Assembly: GCA_965224085.1 (NCBI GenBank)
Contig: CBDCYI010000004.1
Span: 192,001 to 256,000 of the forward strand
Direction: 5' to 3'
DNA from: Candidatus Marinacidobacterales bacterium
Lineage (GTDB): Bacteria > Acidobacteriota > Vicinamibacteria > Marinacidobacterales > SMYC01
DNA length: 64,000 bases
Position numbers and translations under genes: made by a program. Of this stretch, positions 9,770-20,434 are shown one piece after another. The notes below the pieces were generated by a model. It was given only the letters and a program-made list of their open reading frames with translations, ran no database searches and had not been told where the DNA came from. How positions within the stretch are numbered: the stretch's first letter is position 1; every line of letters begins with the position of its first letter.

Positions 9770-10656
9770 TCAGCTCTTTGCTGCCAACAGATCCCGAAGG
9801 AGTCCGTTCTCGGCTCCCGCGGGAACGAGCGTCAGCTCGCCTTCGGTCTCGAGTAGCTTCGTCACCCGGAGAACCCGAAGCAGGGCCTCGACGACGTCGG
9901 GGTCTTTCGCGATGTCGCGAAGGGCCTCGCCCACGAGACGGGGATGCAGGGGGCTCGCGCGAACTCAACGGCGGCTTCTTTTTCCGCGGCGCTCGCAATC
10001 ACGTTGACTTGATTGTCGCCGGCCTGCCGGATGGCGGAGGTGACCTGCCGCAACCGATTGACGACTTTTTGCTCGATCTGTTGGATCATCACGTGGTCGC
10101 GGAAGTGGACTTTGCGGATGTAGACCGATCCGAGGTCATAGCCCCACGCCGAACCTTTGGGCGACACCTCTTCCCGAACGGTGCGGCTCATGCTGTGGCG
10201 ATCTTCGAGCATCTCGGGGAGTGGCAGATTACTCAGGCTTCGCACGGTGGCGTTCGCCACGTTGGCCCGAAGCGAGCCATCCGGATCGGCGTTTTCGAAA
10301 AGATAGGGCACGGGGTCGTGAACGCGCATCTCATACCAGACGCCGATACCCATCGGCGTGCCCTCTTCGGTGTTGACCGGCTGGCTCCTGAGGTAGCTTT
10401 GATTGAGACCCACGTCGACGTCGCGAACGTTACCAAAGAAGCGAACCATCAGGGCTCGGGGTCCGAACTTCGAGAGCGGAAAATGAAGGCCCGGCTCGTC
10501 GAGCACACCCAATACTTTTCCGAAGAGCACGTAGACTTTGGCGTGGCATTCGTGGACGATGGCGTAGACTCCGAAGAACCGAGCGAAACCGAACAAAATG
10601 GGCACACCGATGAGGGCGAAGAAGAAAACGAAGAAAGTCGTCGTGAAGAAGATCAC
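9770..10656 (-). CDS. SPFH-domain membrane protein with a frameshift near 9950
   Basis: N-terminal TM and EPGLHF. A plausible C-terminus (HPRLVGEALRDIAKDPDVVEALL...AAKS*) continues in another frame to 9770. Confidence 0.8.
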
Positions 10657-11651
10657 GAGCCCACCTCCCCGATGATCCGCTTGGCACGGGGAATGAGATC
10701 GAGCTCGATCTTGCGGAGATAAGCGGAAAGCGCGCCTTTGCCGCTGCCTTTCAGCTCACTCAGCTCCTCCGCTAAACGCAGGAGCGGTTGCAGCTCGGCC
10801 TGAGCGCGCATGGTCTCGATCTCCACGGCTCTTTTCGACTGCTCGATCTTCTGATCCGCCATCGCGCGAGCCACGCTCACGTCTGCAGAGACCTCGTTGT
10901 GGGCGGTGTTGATGGCGGCTAGAGCGGACTCGATTTCATCCGGCGGATCCATCCCGGTGATGAGAGAAGCGTTCAACACCACGCCGTAGCGGGCAGCCGA
11001 GAAAAGGCACTCGCGGTCCATTTCCTCATTGACCTCGTTCAAGTTCTTGCGCAGATCGTTGATCGAGATTCCTTCGATGGCCAGAGCGTCGGGGACGACG
11101 CCCTCGAGCTCTTCCGAGGCCGCGCCGTCCTTCACTTTGAAAGTAGCGATGCGCTCTCGCAGAATAGAAACGAAGTAGCCCATCACATGAGCGATGGGGT
11201 GACGCACCCCGAAGAGATAAGCGTAGAGGTTCTCCTCACTCACTTTGTAGCGAAGCTGGCCTCGGATGCCGATGTTCAGTTGATCCTTCGTCACCGCATC
11301 CAGCATGGTGTTGTTGTGGTTCGCGGTGGGGGCCTCCGGATCGTAGGCGGCGCTCACCGTCTGGATGGCCACGTTCACTTTGTGCACCCGTTGCCACGGC
11401 CACTTGAAGTACGGTCCTCCGGGACCGATGACCCGCACCTGCGGATAGCTGTAGCGTTCGCGCTGCGACGCGTCGAGGTGCTCGGCGATGGGCGCTTCGA
11501 GTGTGGTCCGGCCTTCGAGCCGCTGAGCGCGGCCGAAGGCGGTGAGGACCGCTCTCTCGTTTTGTTGCACGGTTAAAAACCCCACCAGGACGACGCGTAG
11601 GATGAAGTAGAGAAACGATCCGGCGATGACGCCGGCCAAAAATCCCAACAT
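10653..11651 (-). CDS. SPFH-domain membrane protein
   Basis: TM helix, TVQQNERAVLTAFG, GPYFKWPWQRV, AVTKDQLN and a coiled-coil tail; 4-bp overlap with the next SPFH gene. Confidence 0.85.
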   Translation of the reverse strand: MLGFLAGVIAGSFLYFILRVVLVGFLTVQQNERAVLTAFGRAQRLEGRTTLEAPIAEHLDASQRERYSYPQVRVIGPGGPYFKWPWQRVHKVNVAIQTVSAAYDPEAPTANHNNTMLDAVTKDQLNIGIRGQLRYKVSEENLYAYLFGVRHPIAHVMGYFVSILRERIATFKVKDGAASEELEGVVPDALAIEGISINDLRKNLNEVNEEMDRECLFSAARYGVVLNASLITGMDPPDEIESALAAINTAHNEVSADVSVARAMADQKIEQSKRAVEIETMRAQAELQPLLRLAEELSELKGSGKGALSAYLRKIELDLIPRAKRIIGEVGS

Positions 11652-11795
11652 ATTGGCTCTCCTCGAACGGAAGGACGGACTTTCTTGATTGTCGAGAAAT
11701 GGATGGAAGCTTGCTTTTATCCTACAGGGATGACCGCGTGCGCGCTACCGATATGCCTACGAGAAAGAGAAGAAAAAGAAGAGCTCGACCCGGAA

Positions 11796-12737
11796 TCAGT
11801 AGCCGCGGTCGGGATCGACGACGTTTTCGAGCGGCCTACCCGCGCGGAATCGCTCGAAGTTGGCGCAGAAAAGCTCGACGACTTTGGACTGCCAGCCTTC
11901 GATATCGCCGGTATGCGGTGTGATGACGACGTTTTCTAGATCCCAGAGCTCGCTTTCGGGGGGGAGCGGCTCCGTCTCGAATACGTCGAGAACCGCGCCC
12001 CGAAGCGCGCCGCCGCGAAGCATGCTCGCCAGGGCTGTCTCGTCCACGATCCCACCGCGCGAGATGTTGACGAGCACCGAGCCGGGCTTCATCGAAGCGA
12101 GCACGCTCTCCGAAACGAGACCGAGTGTTTTTTCCGTGCGCGGAAGCGTTACCGCGAGGAAGTCCGCGTCTTCGAGCACCTCGATGAGCTGATCGACCCC
12201 CACGGCGTCCCCTTGCGGACGTGACCGTACGCCTGTGACCTGAAGCCCGAGAGCTTTGGCCTTCGCGGCAACGCGTGATCCGATGCCTCCGAGTCCGAGC
12301 ACGACGAGTCTTTGCCCGTTCGAAGGTCGAAGTGGCTTCGGCTCCCAAACGTGATCGAGTTGTTGCCGGAGGAAAGCCGGAAAATGAAGGTTGAACATCA
12401 GCATCGCGCACACGACGTAATCCGCGAGGGCTTCGTCGTGAATGCCCGAGGCCGAGGTGACCCGGACGCGCCGGCTGAACGGGCGCAAGTGGTCGACGCC
12501 CGCCGAGTCGCATTGCATCCATTCGATGGAGGGTGCGTCGTCCAACAGAAGCTCGCGCGGGAAAGGCGCGCCGATCTTGCCCGCGAGCACGATCGAGGGC
12601 TCGAATCGGCGCGCGACGGCACCGAGCGCTTCGTAGCTCGAGCACGTCTCGAGTGCAAGCTCGGGATAGCGGACGCGGATCGGCGTCGCGTAGACGTCGG
12701 GCTCAGGCGCAAGAACGAGAAGGCGAAGCTCGCTCAT
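11796..12737 (-). CDS. D-2-hydroxyacid dehydrogenase
   Basis: GLGGIG, VNISRG, LDVFETEPLP, ITPH. Confidence 0.92.
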   Translation of the reverse strand: MSELRLLVLAPEPDVYATPIRVRYPELALETCSSYEALGAVARRFEPSIVLAGKIGAPFPRELLLDDAPSIEWMQCDSAGVDHLRPFSRRVRVTSASGIHDEALADYVVCAMLMFNLHFPAFLRQQLDHVWEPKPLRPSNGQRLVVLGLGGIGSRVAAKAKALGLQVTGVRSRPQGDAVGVDQLIEVLEDADFLAVTLPRTEKTLGLVSESVLASMKPGSVLVNISRGGIVDETALASMLRGGALRGAVLDVFETEPLPPESELWDLENVVITPHTGDIEGWQSKVVELFCANFERFRAGRPLENVVDPDRGY

Positions 12738-12741
12738 CGGC

Positions 12742-13983
12742 TCAGGTCACGAGCTGGCGCTTTTGGAACTCGGGGAGGCGCCAAGCTTCGGTCTCGAGAA
12801 TCTTCTTCAGGACCCAGACGGCGTCCCACACGTCGCGATATCGAAGGTAGAGAGGCGTGAAGCCGAACCGCAAAACGTCGGGAGCGCGAAAATCTCCAAT
12901 CACTCCGTTCGCGATGAGCGCCTGCATGATCGAGTAGCCATCCTCGTGCCGAAGCGAGACTTGGCTTCCGCGCTTGTCGCTATCGAGCGGGCATGCAATC
13001 TCGAGCCCGAATCCTTCGTAGTGCGCTTCGACGAGCTCGAGAAACAAATCGCCCATGCGTTGCGATTTCTTGCGTAGCTCCTTCATGTCCACGCGCGTTG
13101 CGATCTCGACGCCCACTTCGAGCGCTGCCATCGCGAGGATGGACGGCGTGCCACAAAGTTGCCGATCGATCCCGGGAGCCGGGCGATAATCCGCATCGAA
13201 AGCGAAAGGTGCTTCGTGCCCCATCCATCCGCTCAGCGGAGGGTCGATGTCGTCCTGGTGCCGCTTTGCAACGAAGAGAAACGCGGGCGCGCCGGGGCCG
13301 CCGTTCAAGTATTTGTAGCCGCATCCCACGGCGAAATCCGCTCCCGTTGCGTTCAGCTCGACAGGCAGCGCTCCCGCGCTGTGGCTCAAGTCCCAGACGA
13401 CGAGCGCCCCGGCGTCATGTGCGCGCCGAGTGACGTCCGCCATCTCGTGAACGTCTCCTGTCTTGAAGTCGACATGGGTGAGGGCGACCACAGCGACGTC
13501 GTCCCCGAGGGCGTCGTAGAGCTCCGAGCGCGGCACCAGTCGCAGCCGGTGCTCTCCGCCCAGAAACGAGGAAAGCCCCTGGGCGATGTACAGATCTGTC
13601 GGAAAGTTCTCTTGTTCCGAAACGATGATCCCGCGCCCGGTTCGGAGACCGAGCGCCGCCCCGAGCATCTTGAACAAATTGATGGAGGTCGTATCCGCGG
13701 CGACCACTTCGCCGGGCTCGGCCCCGATGAGCTGAGCGATCTGATCCCCGACTCGGCGCGGCAGATGAATCCAATCATGTGTGTTCCAGCTCTTGATCAG
13801 ATCGTGGCCCCACTCGTCCTCGATGAGCGCTCGAATCCGTTCCGGCGTTTTTCGAGGGAGAGCTCCGAGCGAGTTTCCGTCGAGATAGTACAAGCCTTCC
13901 GGAACGCGGAATTCTTCGCGAAACGGCGCCAAAGCGTCGGCGGCATCCAAGGCCGCGATCTCTTCGCGCGTTCGTCCCGTCAT
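12742..13983 (-). CDS. kynU: Kynureninase
   Basis: YLDGNSLG, FPTDLY, WDLSHSAG, GCGYKYLNGGPG. Confidence 0.95.
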   Translation of the reverse strand: MTGRTREEIAALDAADALAPFREEFRVPEGLYYLDGNSLGALPRKTPERIRALIEDEWGHDLIKSWNTHDWIHLPRRVGDQIAQLIGAEPGEVVAADTTSINLFKMLGAALGLRTGRGIIVSEQENFPTDLYIAQGLSSFLGGEHRLRLVPRSELYDALGDDVAVVALTHVDFKTGDVHEMADVTRRAHDAGALVVWDLSHSAGALPVELNATGADFAVGCGYKYLNGGPGAPAFLFVAKRHQDDIDPPLSGWMGHEAPFAFDADYRPAPGIDRQLCGTPSILAMAALEVGVEIATRVDMKELRKKSQRMGDLFLELVEAHYEGFGLEIACPLDSDKRGSQVSLRHEDGYSIMQALIANGVIGDFRAPDVLRFGFTPLYLRYRDVWDAVWVLKKILETEAWRLPEFQKRQLVT

Positions 13984-13984
13984 T

Positions 13985-14836
13985 TCAAATGGCGGTCCGA
14001 ACGGACCAGAGCTCGGGAAAGAACTGCAAGCGCAGAGCCTTTTTGAGATAGGACGCGCCTGATGTACCTCCCGTGCCGCGCTTGTGGCCGATGATGCGCT
14101 CGACGGTTTTCATGTGCGCGAAACGCCACTGCTGGAACTTGTGCTCGAGGTCGACGAGCTTTTCCGCAAGCTCGTAGAGATCCCAATGCGTTTCGACGTC
14201 TCGATAGACCTGGAGCCACGCGGCTTCGACATCGGCGTGAGGCTCGTAGGGCTCGCTCCAATCGCGCTCGATACGATCCCTCGGAATATCGAAGCCGCGG
14301 CGAGCGAGCATCCGGACGGTTTCGTCATAGATGCTCGACGCCTCGACGGTCTTTTTGAGGTGCGCGTAGATCTCGGGCTCCTCGCGATGCACTTCGATGA
14401 GCTCCTTGTTCTTGTTTCCGAGCATGAACTCGAGCGTGCGGTACTGATAGGACTGAAACCCGGAGCTTTGCAGCAACTTGTCACGAAACGACATAAAGTC
14501 AAAAGGCGTCATCGTGGACAATACGTCCCACGAAAGAATGAGCTGGCCTTGGATGCGGGCGACGCGCGATAGCATTTTGAATGCGGGCTTGAGCTCGTCC
14601 GACTGAATTTGGTGCCGCACACCGTTGAGCTCGTGAAGCGAGAGCTTCATCCAAAGCTCGGTCACTTGATGGATGACGATGAAGAGCATCTCGTCAGGAT
14701 GCTCCGAGAGCGGCTTCTGCGCGCTCAGGAGTTGATCGAGGCCGAGATAGCTTCCGTAGCTCAAGCCCCCTGAGGGCTTCCAGTGGATCTTCTCCCCGGA
14801 TAGATCGACGGCGCCGGTCTGGGCATCTTTAGCCAT
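13985..14836 (-). CDS. kynA: Tryptophan 2,3-dioxygenase
   Basis: DEMLFIVIHQVTELW, SGFQSYQYR, RIIGHKRGTGGTSG. Confidence 0.95.
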   Translation of the reverse strand: MAKDAQTGAVDLSGEKIHWKPSGGLSYGSYLGLDQLLSAQKPLSEHPDEMLFIVIHQVTELWMKLSLHELNGVRHQIQSDELKPAFKMLSRVARIQGQLILSWDVLSTMTPFDFMSFRDKLLQSSGFQSYQYRTLEFMLGNKNKELIEVHREEPEIYAHLKKTVEASSIYDETVRMLARRGFDIPRDRIERDWSEPYEPHADVEAAWLQVYRDVETHWDLYELAEKLVDLEHKFQQWRFAHMKTVERIIGHKRGTGGTSGASYLKKALRLQFFPELWSVRTAI

Positions 14837-14890
14837 GAGCGATGGTAAACGACCGTAAGGGCGTGGGCAAGAGGGAAAGTGCCGTCTACT

Positions 14891-16991
14891 TCAAGACTCC
14901 GTCGTCGCCGAGCTTTCTTCCGGCTCTTTCAAACGAACAGCCCACAAGCCGGAATTGTAGTCCGAGAAAAAAATTACTCCCTTGTAGGGTTGGGCGCCCC
15001 AAACCTGAGGGGAGTTAGGGACGAAACCCTCCGGGTCGAAAGGCAAGAAGCGCGCGATCTCGCGTCCCTGGCGATAGAGGTTTCCCATGAGCTCGCCCGA
15101 GTCGTCGACGACCCGGAGCCCTCCGTTGTAGAAGGCCACGTACATGATGTCGTCCTCGATCCAGATATTATGACTTCCCGCCTCCGGCACTTCGTAGCGT
15201 GCCACGATTTCCGGCTCGCCCGCAGGGTCCCAAGAAAGGATGTGAATCCAGCCGCGCCAGCGCGCCGATTCACCCTCATAGCCGGGCGTTCCGATCCCGA
15301 TCTCTGAGCGCGGGCTGAAGCGTCCCGTGCGAGCGGCCTCGTCTCCTGCAAAGATGTAGAACTTTCCTGTTGAAACACTCTGGTAGGGGTAGATGGCATG
15401 ATTCCACCCGGTCGGGAAAGGGTGGCTTCCCATCTTCACGGGGTTTGTCGGGGAGCCGCCTTGACCTCCGCCCCCGACATCCACGACGACGACGCCATCG
15501 TTCCAATTCGCGGAATAGGCGATGCCGTCTTTGACGATGACGTCATGGATCGAGCGGTCGGGATTATCGAGCGCAAAGCGCCCGACGCGGTGCGGCTTCG
15601 TGGGATCCTCGATACTAATGACGTCGTAGCGCTGTCCGGCCGAGAGCGCATAGACGTGATTGTCGTGAACGTAAATATTGTGGACGCCGCCCGTCAGCTC
15701 GTCATCATAGCGAGACAGGATCCGAATGCCGACCTGTGGCTCGGACACATCGAGGACGACGATGCCGTTTCGTCGATTCGAAGCTCCCTCGCGGCTGATG
15801 ACGGCAATGCGGCCATCTTCTGAAATCTTGACGTCATTGACCGTGCGCGCATCGACGTGGACGGTATCAATGATCACCATGTTGCCCGGGTCGGTCACGT
15901 CCCAGATATAAGCGTGTCCGGCGGCGCGATGCGTACCAGTGATGGCGTAGTCGCGGCCATCCGTGCCTTCCCATACCCAGAGGTCGGATGTCGCGCGGTC
16001 GCTGACTCTACCATGCCCCACGAGCTCGATCTCACGCTGCGCTTCGCGAGCGAGGATGGTGATAGGCTGAAGCGCCACGTGGTTGCCGGAAGTAGCGACG
16101 ATCGTATATTCGCCCGGCAAGTCGGCGACGAAGCGCCCGTGTTGCGCATATTGCCCATATTGTTCGATGAGCCCGGAGCTCGGCCCTCCGCTTGCGAGGA
16201 CATTTGTCCGCCCGTTGAAGCTGAAAAGGACGGGGACGTCCTCGAGTGCGACTCCCGCACCATCCTTTGGCTTGGCGTCGAACCGGACGACGTCTCCGGT
16301 GCGCGCTACAGCGGTCGCGGTCTCGAGCTTCAGGCTGGCTGTCGGGTTCGCGACAACTTCGAAGGCCAGCTCTGCCGTCTTTCCTTCGGCGCTCGCCGAG
16401 AGCGTCGTCGACCCGCGTTTCAGAAAATGGAGGGTGCCCATCGAGTCGACGCGAAAAATCTCGGCGTCGAGACTCTTGAGCTCGGGCTCGAGGTCCCGGC
16501 GGACGTTGCCTGCCTCGTCGGTCAGCCGTGTCGTCACGCGTACGCTCGTTCCGTCGTAGAAACGGGCGGGGACGTCCACGAACTCCACCTTGGCTATGGG
16601 AGGACGGAGCACGGTCAAGGGGATCTCTTTTTGAAGAAAAGCTTCGGCGTCGATTCCGCTTGCGTTCTCGTCTTTCGGAACGCGGACCATGATGCGGTAT
16701 TTGCCTGGCCGCGATGCGGAGACGGTCCCGTCGGGTCGCACGCGAAAGAGATTGAAGCGCCAAGTCCGCTCCTCGAGGTTCCAGAATTGCCCATGGAGCG
16801 GGAGGAAGAGAACGCGCCGATCGAGGGTTTGGCCATCCGCATCTTTCACTGTAGCTTCGAGCTTTGCACTCTCTCCAATTCGTAGCGTGAGCTCGCTCGG
16901 TTCGACGAGGAGCTCCGCGGGCTCACTCTGCGAAGCCGCACTTTGGACGGTCGGCGGCGAGTAAGAGGGGAATCCAAGCGACGAATGACAT
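14891..16991 (-). CDS. Secreted Ig-like plus LVIVD-repeat beta-propeller protein, frameshift near 16950
   Basis: GGAGG then MSFVAWIPLLLAA (16991) is out of frame with the body; body has TSDLWVWEG, GVHNIYV, SHNIWIED, YVAFYNGGLRVVD. Confidence 0.75.
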
Positions 16992-17043
16992 CGGCGATTA
17001 CCTCCGAAAGGCGGAGCATATCGCAATTTGCGAGTGGGGTCGT

Positions 17044-17385
17044 TTATCCCCTCTCCAGATACGCTCTCACTTTCGGCAACACCTCGTTCAGGCGGTGCCG
17101 GCTGATCGGAAGGACGACGTCATTCGTGAGGATGAGCCGATAGGTGCGCTTGTCTCGTTCGATGCGTTCGAGATGAAGTGGGTTCACCGCGTGGGATCGA
17201 TGTATGAGCAGGAACGGGGATGGAATTTGCTGGAGCACCTCCTTGAGCGGGAGCGCCACGTCGGTTTTCTTCCAGCCATCGTCGTCACGATAGTGGATAT
17301 AGCAGTAGTGATCGTCCACGCTGAACCGCGTCGACGCGATCCAGACAGAGGCGTCTACCGGGCTAGGAATGATCCCATAGGTAGC
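17044..17385 (-). pseudogene. LytTR DNA-binding domain fragment, 5'-truncated
   Basis: FLLIHRSHAVNPLHL...LPISRHR; no convincing start. Confidence 0.7.
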
Positions 17386-18148
17386 GCGGAGGCTCGCCGC
17401 CGCCACCGTCGGAAAACCCTTGGCCGAGCCGGAAACCGTCGGCGTTACGGAAGACGTTCTCGAGCGGTATGTGGGCCTGTACCGCGTCGATGAGAACGCG
17501 AGCCATGTCGTCTCGCTCGAAGACGGACACCTCTATCTTCGCCGCTATGGAGACGAGCACCCGGAAGGTGGTCGGGTAAGGAACCCAGGCCCGAGCGAGA
17601 GGCTGAACCGCGTACGCGCCGAGCTTTGGCCGAGCTCGGAAAGCACGTTCTTCCTAAAAGATTCTCCGCTGTCCGTGCGGTTCGAAGACGACGCGCTCGT
17701 CGTCGAGGGTGGGGGCCGGGCGGAGCGTGCACTGAAGCTAGACCTTCCCATTGATGACAGGTCGGTCATTCTAACAACGGTGCAAAAACTCTTCGACGGC
17801 ATGACGGCTCTCGACACCGACGCGATGCGCTCCGTACTCGATCCGGAGGCGCGTCTCGTACACACGTTCACGCGCGACGGCGTTCCCGGCATGCGCGCGG
17901 TCTCGATGAAAGACTTCTTGTAGAACATCGCGAGCCACACCGGGCCGACGCTCGTCGAGCGTAGTTACGACGCCGAGGTGCGCGTCGAAGACAACCTCGC
18001 CACCGTGTGGCTCGCCTATGATTTCTTCGTGGGCGACGAGCTCGACCATTGCGGCGAAGACACGTTCCAGCTAGCGCGCACGAGCCTCGGTTGGAAGATC
18101 ATCGCCATCGCCGACACGCGGCGGGACGAAGGCTGCGAGCGAAGATGA
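17386..18148 (+). pseudogene. C-terminal part of a hydrolase-like protein (DUF3471-like plus NTF2/SnoaL-like), in-frame TAG at 17921
   Basis: VLERYVGLY motif. The reading continues past the TAG as NIASH...ATVWLAYDFFVGDELDHCGEDTFQLARTSLGWKIIAIADTRR. Confidence 0.7.
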
Positions 18149-18180
18149 AACCCATAAGAGCGTCGCGCTCGCCCGATTGA

Positions 18181-18825
18181 CTAGGGGCTCGCTCCCGCCT
18201 GTCGAAGGAGCTGGCCCACGTCCGAATGACCCCGTTCTTCGGCCGCTTTGAGCGCCGTCCACCCGTTCGACGCGCGCGCGTCAACATCGGCGCCATGCGA
18301 CAGGAGATCGCGCACGAGCGCCGAGCTCCCGTAGCGAGAGGCCTCGATGAGAGGAGAGTTCCCCGTCTTCGAGGCGAGATTCGGATCCGCACCGTTATCG
18401 AGAAGAAGCTTCGCGACATCGACCCGCCCCTTGCCTGCCATCAAGAGAAGAGTCGTCCGCCCACGGGTATCGCGCGCGTCGACCGAAGCACCACGCTCGA
18501 CGAGCATGCGGACAACCTCATCGTGCTCGGCAACAGCCGCAACTATCAGCGCCGTCGACCCGTCACTCCGACGCCCATTGACATTCGCCCCCTGCTCGAG
18601 AAGCTCCCGTACGCGAGCACCATCCCCTGAAGAAGCGGCTTCGAGTAGCGAAAGCTCGAGCGCGGTCGTATCCGACGGCGCGAGCGAAACGCTAGAGGAG
18701 CCGACCGAATCGGTAATCGACTCGACCCCTGCCGAAACGTCATCCAAAGCCTCTTCCATCTCCGAAGGAAAGAGGTAGAAGAGTGCAAGAAGAACAATCG
18801 CAACAAGGAGCAGGATTTTGAGCAT
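18181..18825 (-). CDS. Membrane-anchored ankyrin-repeat protein
   Basis: MLKILLLVAIVLLALFY anchor; GSTALIVA, GRTTLLL, GNSPLIEA and GWTALKAA repeats. Confidence 0.88.
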   Translation of the reverse strand: MLKILLLVAIVLLALFYLFPSEMEEALDDVSAGVESITDSVGSSSVSLAPSDTTALELSLLEAASSGDGARVRELLEQGANVNGRRSDGSTALIVAAVAEHDEVVRMLVERGASVDARDTRGRTTLLLMAGKGRVDVAKLLLDNGADPNLASKTGNSPLIEASRYGSSALVRDLLSHGADVDARASNGWTALKAAEERGHSDVGQLLRQAGASP

Positions 18826-18830
18826 AACGG

Positions 18831-19211
18831 CTACCAATGCCAAGCGTGGTCGTAGCCGCTGATGAGCTCGGCGACATCGCTTCTCGATACCATCTTCAGA
18901 CCGTCGATGAGCGAGGACGCCTCGATGCCGCGCTCCGCGACGTCTTCCTCGATGATGTAGACGTCCACGCCTTTGCCGATGAGCTTTTCCACGTCTTCCG
19001 CGAGCTCGGGCGGTTTTGTCTGCGACACGGCGCCAAAGCTGAGACCCGAAGCATCCTGCCCTTTGACTCCGTAGTTGACCGCATTGCCACGCAGCAAGAC
19101 GTCGAGCTCGGCGCCCGCGCCTTTCATCGCGTGCGTGAGCCAGACGATCGTGTCGTCCTGCTCTTCGAGGGTGGCCCGATAGGCCGTCTCTATAATATTG
19201 ATGGCTTTCAT
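18831..19211 (-). CDS. DsrE/DsrF-like protein
   Basis: VLLRGNAVNY, EEDVAERGI, YDHAWHW; start MKAINII. Confidence 0.75.
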   Translation of the reverse strand: MKAINIIETAYRATLEEQDDTIVWLTHAMKGAGAELDVLLRGNAVNYGVKGQDASGLSFGAVSQTKPPELAEDVEKLIGKGVDVYIIEEDVAERGIEASSLIDGLKMVSRSDVAELISGYDHAWHW

Positions 19212-19222
19212 GGCTTCTCCCC

Positions 19223-19636
19223 CTACTTTGTCGGGATGACGAGCGTATTGTCCGAAGCGCTCGCCATCTTCCAAAGATCGCCCGGCGTACCACGGCGCAC
19301 ACCTTGAACAGCCTCGGCGACGCCACGCTCGTCAACGCAAAGCCCACAATTGACCCAGTCGATCTTGCCACCGTTTTTTTGCGCCTCTAGAATCAACGCC
19401 GCGACCCACTTGTGAGGCAGCGGATGATCTTCTTCGTCAGCGTCGTGGCCGTGAACCGCGTTGGCGTGTCCCGACTGCTTGGTGAAAGGAAGGCCAACCG
19501 CGCCCTCGTAGGCGAAAACGTTGATGTCATAGCCGCGGCTCGCCGCCACGTGCATGAGACGTAGCACGGTCGTGCTGCGGGCGTTCTCGAAGGGCGGATC
19601 CATGATAGCGAAGGTAAGTGTTTTCTTTTCGCTCAT
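19223..19636 (-). CDS. DsrE/TusD-like sulfur relay protein
   Basis: VFAYEGAV; NCGLCVDERG has Cys at the position of the TusD/DsrE active-site region. Confidence 0.8.
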   Translation of the reverse strand: MSEKKTLTFAIMDPPFENARSTTVLRLMHVAASRGYDINVFAYEGAVGLPFTKQSGHANAVHGHDADEEDHPLPHKWVAALILEAQKNGGKIDWVNCGLCVDERGVAEAVQGVRRGTPGDLWKMASASDNTLVIPTK

Positions 19637-19648
19637 CTCGGCCCCCCG

Positions 19649-19975
19649 TTAGTGCCACATGGCCTTGCGGCCCTCAGCGAGTTGATCCACGATGGTGTCG
19701 ATGGGCGCGGGCTTGACCGCGTCAAGAAGGCTCGCTTCCGCGATTCCCCGCTCGCGCAGTGAGAAATCATCCGCAAGCACTTCGACGCCCGCGGCCGCCA
19801 CGTCCGACAGCGCGCCGCTCATAGCACCCGGGCGCGCTGGAAACACACCGTTTTGGATCAAGAACAAAGTGACGTCATTCCCCGCCTTGGCTAAATCCTT
19901 GGCCAAGTCGTAGCAGAACCCGACATCCTGTGAGTCGTAGGGATCCCGCGACTCGATGAGAAGGTATTTAGCCAT
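19649..19975 (-). CDS. DsrE/DsrH-like protein
   Basis: VTLFLIQNGV, ADDFSLRERGI. Confidence 0.78.
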   Translation of the reverse strand: MAKYLLIESRDPYDSQDVGFCYDLAKDLAKAGNDVTLFLIQNGVFPARPGAMSGALSDVAAAGVEVLADDFSLRERGIAEASLLDAVKPAPIDTIVDQLAEGRKAMWH

Positions 19976-20434
19976 CGTCTTCCCTCCCTCGACGAAACAG
20001 ATGGAATGAATGGGGCGAGAAAGTTACCACGGAATTTCTCTCCACGACCAAGAATCTCTCACGAAACCGGGCGCGTGTAAGCGCGCTAACAGGCTCTTCC
20101 CAAAAGCCCTTCTCTCTCAATGCATTTTATTGAATGAAAAATCAAACAATTGAAGTATGTTTACGGCCGACGGAGGGTGGTACCCCAATGTTGCCAAAAA
20201 CCCGGTTTCGGCGGTGTGTAGCGCTAGCCACGATCGCCACGCTTGCCTACCCGAGTGCCCGGCTCCACGGCCTCGTTGCAGCTGTTGTGGAGTGACCAGA
20301 GCAAACTCCTGAAAGACAAACTCGTCGCGCGCGGCTATGAAACGATGACCCGTGAGGTCGCGGCGATCCTCGCCAATGCCGGGATCAAGGTCTCCTGGTC
20401 TCCGCTCACGCAGGCTCTCGACAGCAAAAGCATT

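Noticed and set aside
17921-17923. In-frame TAG as possible pyrrolysine or recoding
   Set aside because: The gene is already 5'-truncated, TAG ends normal genes in this window, and no pyl genes are seen; a nonsense mutation or error is simpler.
18826-19371. N-terminal half of the 396-aa ORF 18181-19371
   Set aside because: It overlaps the DsrE-like genes out of frame; the ankyrin gene starts at 18825.
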